Shown here piece by piece: positions 1 through 13,512 of a DNA stretch of 64,000 bases. The stretch spans positions 24,614,001 to 24,678,000 of the forward strand of contig OX597831.1 of NCBI GenBank assembly GCA_951406725.2, read 5' to 3'. The notes beneath the pieces were generated by a model. That model made no database searches, was not told the origin of the DNA, and saw nothing but the letters and a program-made list of their open reading frames with translations. The DNA is from Octopus vulgaris. Lineage: Eukaryota. The translations under genes were made by a program, and so were the position numbers. The stretch's first letter is position 1; every line of letters starts with the position of its first letter.

Positions 1-125
1 TGATGATAATTTCATGTAATATAACTTTGTATTTTCACCAATCAATGAAATCTGCCATTATTTTGAAGTTTACCAACTTTTGCTATTGTTAGTCCCAGAA
101 AATTTTTCAGCACCTTGAGTTGATA

Positions 126-501
126 TACTCTTTTACTTGTTTCAGTCATGTGACTGTGGCCATGCTGGAGCACCGCATTTAGTCAAGCAAATCGACCCCA
201 GGACTTATTCTTTGTAACCCTAGTACTTATTCTATCGGTCTCTTTTGCCGAACCGCTAAGTTACGGAGATATTGGTTGTCAAGCAATGTTGTGGGGAGGA
301 CAAACACAAACACACAAACATATACACACACATACATACGAGGGGTTTCTTTCAGTTTCAATCTGCCAAATGCACTCACAAGGCTTTGGTCGGCCCGAGG
401 CCATAGTAGAAGACACTTGCCCAAGATGCCATGCAGTGGGACTGAACCTGGAACCATGTGGTTCATAAGCAAGCTACTTACCACATAGCCACTCCTACAC
501 C
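126..501 (-). mobile_element. tRNA-derived SINE, family A, near full length
   Basis: Reverse complement of the 18097-18513 copy: head GGAGTGGCTRTGTGGTAAG with B-box-like GGTTCAGTCCC, internal microsatellite, tail GACTGAAACAAGTAAAAGAGTA. Confidence 0.9.
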
Positions 502-1584
502 TATATATATATATCTTATTAATTATATATCACAATTTGCAAACAATAGTTTCATTGGTCACAGTTTTACAACAGATTCATTACTGGGTTACTGTATTTT
601 ATATGGAAAGAATAATAAGTGCTTCATTTCTTTTTGGGGGTTTTCATTAATATACTTTATTACACTTCATACACATACAAATTATACAAGCAAAATTCAG
701 TTCAACTCAAGGCTTTGGTAGAAGACACAGAGGGGAGTCAATCCCCAAACCACATGAATGATCCAACGTTGATATCCTGTAATTGGTTCTGGGTTGCTGT
801 ACATTATCAGGAGGTTGGCTCTGGCCCAAAGCATGTTCAAAGGTGTTTCAGTTATGACAATCCAGTTTATATTTTCTTTCTCAGGTTTCATGTATATTAT
901 TTTTTAAAAAGTAGAAATGAGTTATCTGAGAGGAATTTTGCTGCTATTTCAAGTGAGTTGAATGACTATGTTGATGTGCCTTTGTTGGCCCAGGTTAGAT
1001 ATTGTTGCCAAAATACTTAATACTTGCTTACTGAATAAATCTAGTTTTAACAGTAGCTGATACACAACAGCCTATCACTAAGAATGCCTCCCATGCGGAA
1101 CCATTTGTCAAAAACAGAAATATAGGAACAGCAAAGCATTCTGGAATGAACAGTGTGTGAATTTCAAGTGGGTTACAATGGCTGGGAGGCTAAGGTACTT
1201 CATTATCCATTACTTAGTTCAGGCAGCCAACTATTTGAAGTGGGACTTGCGTTGTCAAAAATTTTAATATCAAATTATACAAGCTTTCAAATAGTTTAAT
1301 ATCTTGACAGGATCAAAGGCAAGCCTATTATGGATAGAACTTTAGTAACCACCCGAGAGTTAACAGAGCTGTAGTCACATATCAAACATAACTGATTAAG
1401 AAGAGCCATGTGTCAGTTAAGAGAACAGATTAGTTATACTCAATAGAAAATTAGGTAAGACTTTTAAAATTAGTTACGTATGTTAAATCTAGACACTGAT
1501 GTACTTATCTAAATGACTAATAATTCCTAGATTAAACATTAATAAGTCATTATTTGAATCATCAATAACATATGCATATTTCAG

Positions 1585-1587
<3 letters not shown>

Positions 1588-1618
<31 letters not shown>

Positions 1619-1876
1619 TATATATATGTATGTATATATACATACATGCATATATATATATGTATGTATGTATGCATATATACATACATATATATATATA
1701 TTAATTAATAATAATAATATTAGGGAATAAATCCAAACTTTTATGTATTGGCTTATGTTTTTCAGTTTGATTTGCCTAATAGTAGTTTTATCTCTAATTT
1801 AATATAACATATATATATATAAAATTATATATATCTATACATACATACATACATACATATATATATGTATGTATGT

Positions 1877-1922
<46 letters not shown>

Positions 1923-1935
1923 ACATACATATATA

Positions 1936-1966
<31 letters not shown>

Positions 1967-2006
1967 GAGAACAAATCTGGATGTTTTGCATTCTTGTCCC
2001 ATTTTG

Positions 2007-2076
<70 letters not shown>

Positions 2077-2078
2077 AT
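1588..2078. repeat. Compound (TA)n/(TACA)n/(TG)n microsatellite with short unique islands
   Basis: Direct reading; produces the YI/VY-repeat ORF artefacts. Confidence 0.95.
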
Positions 2079-3526
2079 CTGTGTGTGAATTTCTCTGCAT
2101 ATAATGTGTGTGTGTGCTTCTCCTTTCTAAGTATTTTTGTTTTTAGCAGATACAAATTTTTGACTCATCTGATATTGCTATTACCAAACAATTTTTGGTC
2201 CATATTAATTGCTTTCACTTAACGACCACATGACGACTACAAAGTGGAGAGAGCAATGTCGTGTCAGTAATACCCAATCATTTGGTAATGGAATAAATGT
2301 TCTCTTTCAGGAGATAATTGTATTATTCATTCATTATTATTATCATTATATAAGAATCAAATTAAGATTACCATTTTACCTTCTTTTATCTGCTCTTTCA
2401 GATCTTTTCCTTTTTGTTACATTTATGGGATTATTTTTCTTTTAATTAAACGAGTATACATAGAACAGCATTGATAAAATCTTGGTGGTTGTTGTTGGCA
2501 GAGCAGTGTTTGCCATGGCTGCAAAAGCCTGTATGGGAGATACAGTCTGGCTGCAGCAACTGCATTTGGAACCACTGTCTACCAGTTTTACTTTGAAGCT
2601 GGTTTTTCTTTGAGTACCCTATTTTTAGGGCAGCAATCCTCAGTACCACCTGTTCATATATACATGCAAACTTTAGGTTAGTTAAAATATGTGTGTGACA
2701 TATTTCAAATTTTAAAGGCAAATTCATTGCAGTTACTGAAGAGAAGAAATTCTCTCTTATGATAACAGGTGTAAAATCCCCATATCTGTTTAGTGTTTCC
2801 CCCTATCAGATTCCCAGATGCATTTCTAGCTCTTTAGCTATTATCAATGGGAAATACCAGAGAGAGGTAACTCTAAGCAGATTTCAAAACCATAGCTTTA
2901 ACATATCACAGTTAACAATATTAAATGGATTGTGCTACACATGCACATACATATATATATGTGTACATGTGTGTATTTTTATTGCCTACTTTCTACAGTT
3001 ATTTGACTGTGGTCATGATCTTGCTGGTCCCACCATGCTTACATCGATCCTAAAGCTTAAGTCTGAGGCTTATTCTCTTAGTTGCTTTTTCACTAACTTT
3101 GTAAAGTATAGACATAAACAAAGCAACACCAGTTGTCAGGTGGTAAGAGACAAACACAAGTAAGAAATACATAGACATGTGCATACACATGCACACACGT
3201 GCATACACATGCACACACGTGCACCTTCAGTGACAACGTAAAAACTTTTTCAGCATATTGAAAAAAAAATGGTTCTTTTCCCAGATAGGCACTCTTCTTT
3301 CAAATAATGAAATCCCAATGTAGCTTTGTTTTATATCAGGTGAACTGGGATAGACAGGATTAAGTACTATGCACATATGACCAAAATAAAATTTTGGGTA
3401 ATGGGGGTTGAACTCCAGATCATGTCAATTGTCTGGCACTTTGATATTATGGCTATTTGTATTGAAATGCATATGGATTTCTTAAAAAAATAAAATATTC
3501 ATTTTTTTCTATCATAAATGTAATAA

Positions 3527-3933
3527 TGCAGGCATGGTTCTGTGGTAAGAAACTTGCTCCTCAACTTCATGGTTCTGGGTTCAGTCCCACTCCATGACAC
3601 CTTGAGCAAGTGTTTCTACTATAGCCTCAGGCCAGCCAAAGCCTTGTGAGTGGATTTGATAGACAGAAACTGGAAGAAGCCCGTCGTATACATATGTATA
3701 TATATATATATGCTTGTGTGTGTGATTTTTGTTCACCCCACCCCTTTGCAACCGTTGCTGGTGTGTTTATGTCTCCGTAACTTAGTGGTGAACCAAAAGA
3801 GACCAGTAAGATAATTACTAGGCTTACGTGGAATTAAGTCCTGGGGTCAATTTCTTCGACTAACACCCTTTAAGGCAGGGCTCCAGTATGGCCGCAGTCA
3901 AATGACTGAAACAAGTAAAAGAATAAAAGAATA
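3527..3933 (+). mobile_element. SINE family A
   Basis: Head GCAGGCATGGTTCTGTGGTAAG, GGTTCAGTCCC, tail ACAAGTAAAAGAATAAAAGAATA. Confidence 0.88.
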
Positions 3934-4318
3934 AAAAAAAATTAAAATGTGACCATTAATGGGACACGTATAACATAAAATGTTATTAGATTTTAGTTGA
4001 AGAGAAATCTTGATGAAAGATTCGAGATTTTTGTTCAGAGAAAGAATGATTGAAGTGTCGAAAAGTTTATTGAGAATCAACTTTGTAATTAGTAACACAG
4101 ATCATCTGTTGATTATCGGTGTTCGTAATATTATTATTGAAGCAGAGGGAAGCAAAACAGAAGAATTCAATAAATGAATATTAAGTTATTTTAATGCTTG
4201 TCTTTTCTTTTCCTTATGCAAAGTAGGTCTTTTGGCCTCTTTGGTACCATATGCAAGCTAAATAGCAGATTACTATTCATAGATACAGTTATGACTGTAC
4301 TATTCATAGATACAGTTT

Positions 4319-4733
4319 AAGGTGGTGAGCTGGCAGAAACGTTAGCACGCCGGGCAAAATGCTTAGCAGTATTTCGTCTGCCTCTACGTTCTGAATTCAA
4401 ATTCTGCAGAGGTCGACTTTACCTTTCATCCTTTCGGGATCGATAAATTAAGTACCAGTTACGCACTGGGGTCGATGTAATCGACTTAATACCTATGTCT
4501 GTCCTTGTTTGTCCCTTCTATGTTTAGCCCCTTGTGGGTAATAAAGAAATGGGTTTTTCGTCTGTCTCTACGTTCTGAGTTCAAATTCTGCCAAGGTCAA
4601 CTTTGCCTTTCATCCTTTCGAGGTCGATTAAATAAGTACTAGTTACTCACTGGGGTCGATATAATCAACTTAATCTGTTTGTCTGTCCTTGTTTGTCCTC
4701 TCTGTGTTTAGCCCCTTGTGGGTAGTAAAGAAA
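4319..4733 (+). mobile_element. SINE family B dimer (full unit plus headless unit)
   Basis: Head AAGGTGGTGAGCTGGCAGAAACGTTAGCAC; central GGTCGACTTTRCCTTTCATCCTTTCG block twice; tail TTTAGCCCCTTGTGGGTARTAAAGAAAT twice; 12-bp direct repeat ATAGATACAGTT at 4306-4317 and 4733-4744. Confidence 0.9.
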
Positions 4734-4744
4734 TAGATACAGTT

Positions 4745-5095
4745 ATGGCTGTGTGGGTTACATGTTTGTTTCACAACCACATGGTTTTGAGTTTAGTGCC
4801 ACTGCGTGGCACCCAGGGCAAGAGTCACCGACTATAGCCCTTGACCAACCAGGACTTTGCGAGTGGATCTAGTAAATGAAAATTGCAGAAACCTGTCATG
4901 TATGTGTGTATATACCTCTTTATGTTTGTCCCTCACCGCTTGATAACCTACATTGGTTTGTTTGCATCCCTATATCTTATTGGAATTTTGGGGTGGGGGG
5001 GTTGTACTTTTTGTAAAAAGAGACAAATAGATGAGTGCAGGGTTTGATTTGATTGACTAAGCCCCAGTGACTGAAACACATAAAAAGAATAAAAG
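4745..5095 (+). mobile_element. Degenerate SINE family A
   Basis: Diverged head TGGCTGTGTGGG...CCACTGCGTGGCACC and tail GACTGAAACACATAAAAAGAATAAAAG. Confidence 0.7.
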
Positions 5096-5719
5096 TATTA
5101 AGTATTATACCACATTCAATCAATTTCTGGAGGTGCCAACTTTCTGGAGGTGCCAGTGAAATTAGTACAAGTTTTATAAAATAGCTTGTTTTACTGAAGA
5201 TACACTTAATCTCAGAAGTAAAGTGTGTGCGTGTGTCTAGTGGGAAATGAAATCACTAACTTTGTCTTATGAACCACTTTGGTGTGTAATGGATTTTACA
5301 AGAAATGTTTAGGAACTCTGTGTGAAGATGAAAATAGATATCAGGTGCAAACCCTCAAGGTACTCATGTGATTTTGAATTTAGAGTGACTTGATTCTTTA
5401 GTCTTTAGGCCAATTTAATCCCTTGCAAATCTGCATTCATAGAGATTCTCTACATACCTAATTAATTTGTGGCATTGCTTATACAACACTTTTTTTTGTT
5501 CCTTTAAGTTTCTTGACTAAAAACAGATATTTATTTTATTGATAAGTTTGTCCAAAAATGATGTCACCCAATAATTTGGTGAATACAGATATAATTTGTA
5601 AACTGAAGTGAGCTACATAACCATTTTGGTTGTAAGGCAGCACTTCAAATTTTCTTTTACTTTTTTCCAATCTCAGGCAATGCTTAGCAAATCACACACA
5701 CACACACATGTATGTATCT

Positions 5720-6165
5720 ATATATTTATGTGTGTGTGTTTTTGTGTCTGTGTTTGTCCCCACTCCCCCAGCATTGCTTGACAACCGATGTTGGTGTGTT
5801 TACATCCCTGTAACTTAACAGTTTGGCAAAAAAGAGACCAATAGAATAAGTGCTATGTTTACAAAGAATAAGTCCTCAGGTCAATTTCTTCGACTAACAC
5901 CCTTTAAGGTGATGCTCCAGTATGGCCACAGTCTAATGACTGAAACAAGTGAAAGAATGAACCCCAGCCCCACCATTGCTTGACAACAATGCTGGTGTGT
6001 TTACATCCCCATAACTTAAGTTTGGCAAAAGAGACATATAGAATAAGTATTAGGCTTACAAAGAATAAGTCGTCAGGTCAATTTCTTCGACTAACACCCT
6101 TTAAGGTGGTGCTCCAGTATGGCCACAGTCTAATGACAGAAACAAGTAAAAGAATAAAAGAAAGA
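5720..6165 (+). mobile_element. Tandemly duplicated 3' half of SINE family A
   Basis: CATTGCTTGACAAC...TGAC(T/A)GAAACAAGT occurs at ~5772-5950 and ~5975-6150 with shared variants (CAGGTCAATTTCTTCGACTAACACCC). Confidence 0.85.
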
Positions 6166-7146
6166 ATTTAATGTAGATAAGTTTAAATGACAAAATCACA
6201 TATGGACTCCCAAGGGTGATTTGGAAAGAACCACCAATTTACACCTATTCTTAAAATCGTTAACATTAAACCACACTCTGTTTTGAAAATTCTTAAAAGT
6301 TAGGTTTAGACATACAGACTAATAACTATGTCATTGAAATCAGACTAAACATTGAAAAAATTATTTGAAAATGTATTTTGTTTAAACAACTTAACAATAC
6401 TATTTATAGAAATGTTAGAACATAAATATTAAGAAGAAAGCAGTAAAGAAAATAAAAAGCTGTTTTAGTTCACTTTTCTATCCACCCATTCATTAAAAGT
6501 TATTTGTTTTGTTTTATTAAGTAGATAACTAGTCTGAAGAGATTTCCATTTATAGATCCATCATCTTATAAAAAACTATCTCATAGACATTAAAAAAAAA
6601 AACAACCCTGTTATTTTTAATAAATGCAGAAAAGATTTATTTGAAGGTTTGTAATTTTTTCAGTATTCACAGTTTGTTACAGAATATTTTGTTTTTCTTC
6701 CTTGTATAGTAGTGTATGCTTCTGTAAGACAAATTGCATCATTTATACCAAGACAAGCTAATTGGAAAATTGACAGTAATAAAAGTATTATATGTTGTCT
6801 CTTGACTGCCCAAGCATGATAGTAAATTTCCCGTGTCATTTTCTTACCAAGTTTAAAACTGAAATTACAATCATAAACTTTAATTTTTAAGGCAGTAATT
6901 CTTATATAAAAATGAAATAACCACAGTTGTGTTATCAATCACTACGCATTAGATTTAGAATGTAACGTGATGTATATGAGATTTCTGCTGGTGCTTCGTC
7001 ATTCTGGTTTGTGCTGTGTTACACATTTATACTTGGCTGACTCCAGTAACAACATGTTTTCTTTGAGAGGAGGTCACTGACCTCCATCTTTCTTTTATTT
7101 CTAGAGGAAAAGGACACAGTGAGTGATTTCTCATGGATTTCCTCGC

Positions 7147-7192
<46 letters not shown>

Positions 7193-7383
7193 GGCCTAGT
7201 ACTTGGCCAATATTCCATTTAACATCTTCCAAAAGAAAAATAGACAGAGTCAACCAGCATAATTTGACTTCAGAATCCCATCCTGAGGTATCAGGGTCCT
7301 AGAGTGACATTTAGGCATCTGATTGGATACTTCCATCATATACATATATACATACACACATATATATATATATATATATATAG

Positions 7384-7730
7384 CCAGAGCGGCTAACTGG
7401 CTTCTGAGCCGGTGGCATGAAGGAGGCACCATTCGAGTGGGATCGTTACCAGCATCCCCTTAGTGGCACCTGTGCCGCTGGCATGTGTAAAAAAAAAAAT
7501 TGAGCGAGTTCATTGCCAGTACCACCTGACTGGCCCCCGTGCCGGTGGCACATAAAAGCACCCACTACACTCTCGGAGTGGTTGGTGTTAGGAAGTGCAT
7601 CCAGCTGTAGAAACTCTGCCAGATCAAGATTGAAGCCTTGTGCAGCCATCTGGTTCGCCAGCCCACAGTCAAACCGTCCAACCCATGCTAGCATGGAAAG
7701 CGGACGTTAAACAATGATGATGATGATGAT
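7384..7730 (+). mobile_element. SINE family D (GTTAGGAAG.GCATCCAGC domain, (ATG)n tail)
   Basis: Repeated TGGCAC motifs, GAGTGGTTGGTGTTAGGAAGTGCATCCAGCTGTAGAAAC, tail CCAACCCATGCTAGCATGGAAAGCGGACGTTAAACAATGATGATG; matches 52586-53031. Confidence 0.85.
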
Positions 7731-8024
7731 ATATACACACACGTGTGTATGTGGAAGCATATGTCCAAGAGGTTAGGGTTTTGAATTCATGACTACAAGA
7801 TCATGGTTTCAATTCCTGGACTGGGTGGTGCATTGTGTTCTTGAGAAATACACACCAACTCACATTGCTTTGTGATCACTTCAACACCTGATAGGTGGTA
7901 CTTTGGGCACTTGTTCAGGCAACATCGATTTGACGGCGGCAGTTAGCTAATGTACAGAACAAACACCTGATTAATTGTTGAAATAATGAAGAATTTAACC
8001 CCATCATTGTTAAACTGATGTAAG

Positions 8025-8230
8025 GCATCAAGCTGATAGAAATGGTTAGCCTGCCAGACAAAATGCTTAGTAGCATTTCATTCGTTTTTACGTTCTGTTT
8101 TCAAATGCTGCTGAGGTTGGCTTTGCCTCTCATCTTTTCGGGGTTGATTAAAATCATACCAGCTGCACACTAGGGTTGAAATAATTAACTAACCCCCTTA
8201 CTACAAAATTCCAGGCTCTAGTAGAAAGTA
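8025..8230 (+). mobile_element. Old SINE family B
   Basis: Diverged head and CTTTGCCTCTCATCTTTTCGGGGTTGAT central block. Confidence 0.7.
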
Positions 8231-8289
8231 TACACAATGCCCGTAGTAGAAAGTGTGGTTAAGGTGGCATTTGGAAAATAAAATTAATA

Positions 8290-8700
8290 GGTGCAGAAGT
8301 GGCTGTGTGGTAAGTAGCTTGCTAACCAACCACATGGTTCCGGGTTCAGTCCCACTGCGTGGAATCTTGGGCAATTGTCTTCTGCTTTAGCCCCGAGCCG
8401 ACCAATGCCTTGTGAGTGGATTTGGTAGACGGAAACTGAAAGAAGCCTGTCGTATATATGTATATATATATATGTGTGTGTATATGTTTGTGTGTCTGTG
8501 TTTGTCCCCTCCAACATCGCTTGACAACTGATGCTGGTGTGTTTACGTCCCCGTCACTTAGCGGTTCGGCAAAAGAGACCGATAGAATAAGTACTGGGCT
8601 TACAAAGAATAAGTCCCGTGGTCGATTTGCTCGACTAAAGGCAGTGCTCCAGCATGGCCGCAGTCAAATGACTGAAACAAGTAAAAGAGTAAAAGAGTAT
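8290..8700 (+). mobile_element. SINE family A, full length
   Basis: Near-identical to 18097-18513 and 29296-29738. Confidence 0.93.
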
Positions 8701-9598
8701 GAAGATTTGGTGGAAGATTTTAATTTAAATCCCTTTAATATAAGAAGTTTGTATTATAGGACTCGGGGCAATGTCAGGAAGTTTTGTATCAAAAAGGTTA
8801 ATGTATGATTTGTTGGAGATTTAGCTGCTATTTTTAGAGGTAAAATAGCTATGTAGAGACACTTTAGTTGACTCACTTTTAACTGATGTTATTGTATAAG
8901 CAGGTAATCCAGTTTCTTATCCATTCATTTTTATTTTTTTTTATGTCATCTTCGCTCTAAGGTTAGATAAATAGATAAATAGAAGAGAGAAAGAGAGAAG
9001 TTATAACTGTTCAGATGCCTTATGCTGGAAGCCACACTGAAAACTTTACTAATTTATTATAGTAAGAGCTTATCAGTTTTCAGTTTTATGTCACATGCAG
9101 ACATCAGACGGATTGAGAACATTAATCCGGCTGAGATATGAGTTTAAGAAATCGGATTCTAAAATGTCAGAAGTTAAATGACAGTATGAACCTGTTCAAT
9201 ATCTCAATGTTTTTAATAGTTTTTTCCACTTATTTTTGATTCTGGGGTTACAACTATAAACACATGGATATTTCAGCTGGCTTGAAAATATGAAATTGAA
9301 GATTTAATCATCTAGAATATTGATTCTGTTGTACTTTTAACTCTTATGTAACAGACAGTATTAATTGTTGTTGCTGATGGTGGTGGTGGTGATGATGATG
9401 ATGATCAGGAGGCGGTGTTGATGATGATGGTAATAGTGGCAGTGGTGTCAGCAGTGATGACAATTAAATAAGGTTGGGGGGGTGACAGAATTAACAGTGG
9501 AAAACAAGTTGTGTGATAGTTACTTTTCTGGGTTCAAATATTACTGAAGTTGATTTTGTCTTTTATTTATATGGCTTCATGAACCATATAAATAGCAG

Positions 9599-9828
9599 TT
9601 AACCCTTTTGGTACCAACTTGCTTGAAACAACTTCTGGTTCCATGACACAAGTTTCATGTTCTAAAGTGGTCTAAATTTAAACCTTTCACCTAAATTTCA
9701 TGTTAACTCATTTTCCAAGCAACTGCTTAATAACAGCAAACTTAATTTACTAAATTCTTTATTAATTTCAAAGTTAATTGAAACATGGGCAGTGTATTTC
9801 ATTAGAGATGTGGTTATGAATATATTAA
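9599..9828 (+). mobile_element. Degenerate piggyBac-type MITE
   Basis: Starts TTAACCCTTT; internal sequence aligns by eye to 40015-40234 (TTTACTAAATTCTTT); right TIR decayed. Confidence 0.55.
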
Positions 9829-9883
9829 ACCTTGGTGTCAATTAAATTGCCAAAATTCCTCTTTCAAAAACAAAATGTGCTTA

Positions 9884-10257
9884 TCTATTATATAAAATCC
9901 ATTCTGTCTGTCTGTGTGTGTGTCTTCTAGGACCTTGGGCATCCTCCATCCAATTGCGCTCCTATTTGATATGTAGATACCGATGGTATCAGGGCGTGTA
10001 TAAGTCATGAAAAAATTACAAAAATCGATTCCAGGTGAGAATGTGATCGATAAAATGAATAAAATCGTTTTTCTTTGGAATAGAAAAAAGTCTATCTTTA
10101 TTTCTTCTTTTGCTGGTGTCTCAAATTTAGGTTAAATAAGTGTTTCTCAAAGGGGAGGCCTATGGGATGGTCGGACAAGTTGTTTTGAGAAAATTTAGTT
10201 TAAATGTTTGACCAACTCACCACCGTCCAGTAAACGCGGGGTGGGACGTTTTACTCG
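9884..10257 (+). mobile_element. Probable non-autonomous Helitron
   Basis: A|TCTATTATATAAAAT 5' end followed by (CTGT)n; 3' GC-rich hairpin CGTCC...GGACG a few nt before CTCG|T (variant of CTAG); A|T insertion, no TSD seen. Confidence 0.65.
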
Positions 10258-10290
10258 TATGGTAATATAAATCAACATTATTACCGATTC

Positions 10291-10515
10291 TAAGGTAGTG
10301 AGCTGGCAGAATCACTATCACACTAGATAAAATGTTAGCTGGAAGTTCATGTCCTTTTTACATTCTGAGTTCAAATTCTACAGAGATCAACTTTGCCTTT
10401 CATCCTTTCAGGGTTGATAGAATTAAGTACCAGTCAAGAACTGAGGTCGATGTGCGTGACTATCTTCCCGCCCCAGCAAAAATTTTCGGTCTTATGCCTG
10501 TTGTAGAAAGGATTT
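10291..10515 (+). mobile_element. Old SINE family B
   Basis: TAAGGTAGTGAGCTGGCAGAATC head, CTTTGCCTTTCATCCTTTCAGGG central block, older tail type. Confidence 0.8.
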
Positions 10516-11454
10516 TTAATGACCCTGTGAGCTTTTAGAGTCATTCCTCTCCATTCAATTCTCTTTGCAAGAATATTTGGTGTAATTAACAAATATTTTC
10601 ATTAGATTCCACACTCAAGTTATACACTTTATAGTTTCAGTTTCTTACTGAGATATATAATCGGTCTCCCTCAAGTTTATTACATTTTCATGCCTTTCTG
10701 CACAAACAGTGGGTAGCAGATGTGAAAGGAAATGCTTTCAATTTGAAGCCAAATCCACATTACAGATTCTCCATACTTATCAGGATATTAACTATTTTAT
10801 TCTGTGCCATTTTAAATTTCAAAACATAATTAACACTTTATGTTAATGAATTACAATGACTATAAAGCCACATGTTTCCACTTTCATGCTCTTAATAGCT
10901 GAGAGACTTTCACATAAAGTTGTCTACTTTTTAATATCACTTACCATTTAGAAGGAAATATTTTTTGTTTTGTTTTGTTATTCGTTTTTAACCTTCAACA
11001 AACCCACTGCTTCGTAATGGAGACTTCGTGATTTCTGATTGAAATCCTATTTATCTATTTGATGTCTGATGATGAAATAATAAATGCCATTTCTAAATCC
11101 TTTACTTTTCTGCTAAAATCCACACATGTGATAATGGCTTTGCCGGATATTTCCCGCTAGCTTCACTATCATTTTACTAAGCCATTTGAGTAAGTTAAAC
11201 CGAAATGAAATAAAGTGGCTTATAATGTCAACCACTGTTTCATGTACTTTGCAGTTCCGCTGTCTGAGTTTCTAGATGTCGTTTATGTTGATGAAACTAC
11301 ATCTTGATTGATAGCTGCTGCTTACTTCGGAATACTTTCTCTTGTCTTACTAAAAAGATTTGAATAATAAAATGCTTCCTTGCTGATGCATACATTAAAA
11401 GAGCAAAAATAAAATGAAATGAAAAATTTAATGTAAGACAGTTACAATTAATTT

Positions 11455-12071
11455 CAGTTCCAAATTTTGACACAAGGCCGGCAATTTTGGGGGAGGGGTT
11501 AAGTCAATTACACCGCCCCCTCCCCTAGTGATCATCTGGTTCTTATTTTATTGACCCTGAAAAGTAAAGTTGACTTGGGTAGAAACTGAACTCAGAACAT
11601 AAAGATGGACATACGATGCTGCTAACTATTTTTTCCAGCATGTTAATGATTCTCTTGGTTCACCGCCTTTGTAATATTTAATATTCCTTTCTATTGGAAG
11701 CACAAGGCATCAAATTTTGGGGAGATTACATTGACCCCAGTGCATAACTGGTACTTATCTAATCGACCCTGAAAGGATGAAAGGTAAAGTCTACCTCAGC
11801 GTAATTTGAACTCAGAACATAGCGATGGGCAAAATACCTATTTCTTTACTACCCACAAGGGGCTAAACACAGAGAGGACAAACAAGGACAGACAAATGGA
11901 TTAAGTCGATTATATTGACCCCAGTGCATAACTGGTACGTATTTAATCAGCCCTGGAAGGATGAAAGGCAAAGTCGACCTCAGTGGAATTTGAACTCAGA
12001 ATGTAGCGATGTGCAAAATACCACTAAGCATTTTATCTAGCATGCTAACGAATCTGCCTGCACACTGCCTT
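11455..12071 (-). mobile_element. SINE family B cluster: old monomer (11455-11668) plus dimer (11686-12071)
   Basis: Reverse-complement central blocks; dimer flanked by 18-bp direct repeat TTTGTAATATTTAATATT (11668-11685, 12073-12090). Confidence 0.85.
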
Positions 12072-12357
12072 ATTTGTAATATTTAATATTAACTACATTT
12101 TACTTGAGTTTCAACAGAATTCATTTAAGGTAACTATCTTTTACTTGTTACAGTCATTGGACTAAGGCCCTGTTGGCACACCAGCTTGAAGGGTTTAACT
12201 GAACAAATTGACTCAGTACTTCTTTCTAAGTCTGGTACTCAGACATCATCTGTCTAAAACTGATTTTTCAATGTATCCTTGCTTTAAAACGGTAAGATGT
12301 TATTTAGCAACTGTAAGCAATGCTGTAAAGCCTCTCTCAAATACTAACAGAGAAATA

Positions 12358-12567
12358 CTGAAAAGTTCCTGGCTTTAAGAGTGTTGCAAAAGGCCTGGTC
12401 GGAGGCCCAATCTTCCAAGTTCTTTTTACAGGGCTTAGAAAAACTGAAGGACCACTGCAATAAGTATGTGAATCTGAGAGGGGAGTATGTTTAATAAAAT
12501 CATAATTAACTGATCCTCTTGAATTTTCTTTTACCCAAAGCCAGAAACTTTTCAGCAGCCCCTTGTA
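12358..12567 (+). mobile_element. Mariner-derived MITE (~210 bp)
   Basis: TIRs CTGAAAAGTTCCTGGCTTT / AAAGCCAGAAACTTTTCAG ending ...TTGTA; residual transposase C-terminus FFLQGLEKLKDHCNKYVNLRGEYV*. Confidence 0.8.
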
Positions 12568-13084
12568 GCTAAGATATATTATTTACCTGGCTATATAAAC
12601 AAGTAATGGCAGTATATTTCATTGAAACCAAGGAAGGTATTGCATGGACTTTAAGGTATAAGAGTGGTTATTGTGCTGGTAACTGTGGTGGCCCCTACTC
12701 ACAGGTGATATCTCTCTAACTGAAAGTGTTAAGCTAAACAACATAAAAGGATCAATATTGAGTTGTAAATAACTGCTATCAATTGCTGGCCTTAATCAAG
12801 TTATTTCACTTTTTTGTGCATGTGTATGGTAATCATTGAATTAGTAGAAACATGAAGTGGACTTGAATGCAGTACTGAAATACAGAACTTAAAATTTGGT
12901 AATTATATAAGGAAACCTCTGTGAACACTGCCTTTTATATGAGAATTATTTGTAATTGGGTGCATCGGCATATAGGAGTTTGATGTATTTGGGATAGAGA
13001 CATTGTCTGTAGAGGAACCCAAAGTTTATATCACTTAACCACAATCTAACAACCTATCAACTTCTACTTATTGTATCACTTTAT

Positions 13085-13512
13085 GGGACTGTTCAACCAG
13101 GTAGAAACAGCATCCAAATCTCCCTTCATATCATACATTATCATCTTAAAAGTAGGGCTCATTCAATGATGTAGTCAAGATTATATAATCTCTGAAATAA
13201 GATAGGATGGTTATGGATGGAATGCCTTTGAACATAATTCTGCTTGATTAGGTCTGCCCTGGGATTAAACAACGTCAGCAACTTACATAAACTTAGCCTG
13301 TACAAGGGAGCTTGTATATGGTCATTCAGTCTGTGAGAAATAACATCCAAATAGCTCTTAAATTACACCACTAAATTCTTGAAACATGAGAAATACATGG
13401 GATAATATCGTTCAAGATATGCAACACACAAGAGAAGAATGAGATAGTTATTGGCACACTTTGATCGTAAGTATGCTTAGTCAGGGATATCCTAGGGCCA
13501 AACAACAACAAC
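13085..13512 (+). mobile_element. Two tandem degenerate copies of old repeat family E (probable SINE with (CAA)n tail)
   Basis: Recurrent GAAAYARCA.CCAAAT...GGATGGTTATGGATGGAATGCCTTTGA...TAAACAAC; similar at ~830-990, 18920-19125, 38900-39110, 54010-54200, 62250-62550. Confidence 0.6.

Noticed and set aside
227-488. Recurrent peptide family WLVSKLLTTQPLL / QIHSQGFG in many ORFs
   Set aside because: Reading frames through SINE family A copies, not a protein family
1794-2222. ORFs rich in YI/VC/HT dipeptides here and at 23352, 41674, 47773, 53876 and elsewhere
   Set aside because: Translations of dinucleotide microsatellites
2446-2727. GC-richer segment with a 93-aa minus-strand ORF and possible acceptor at ~2650
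   Set aside because: No recognisable protein motif or convincing donor; cannot be supported as an exon
11326-11349. Possible 24-nt minus-strand microexon
   Set aside because: Weak acceptor; such matches are expected by chance in AT-rich DNA
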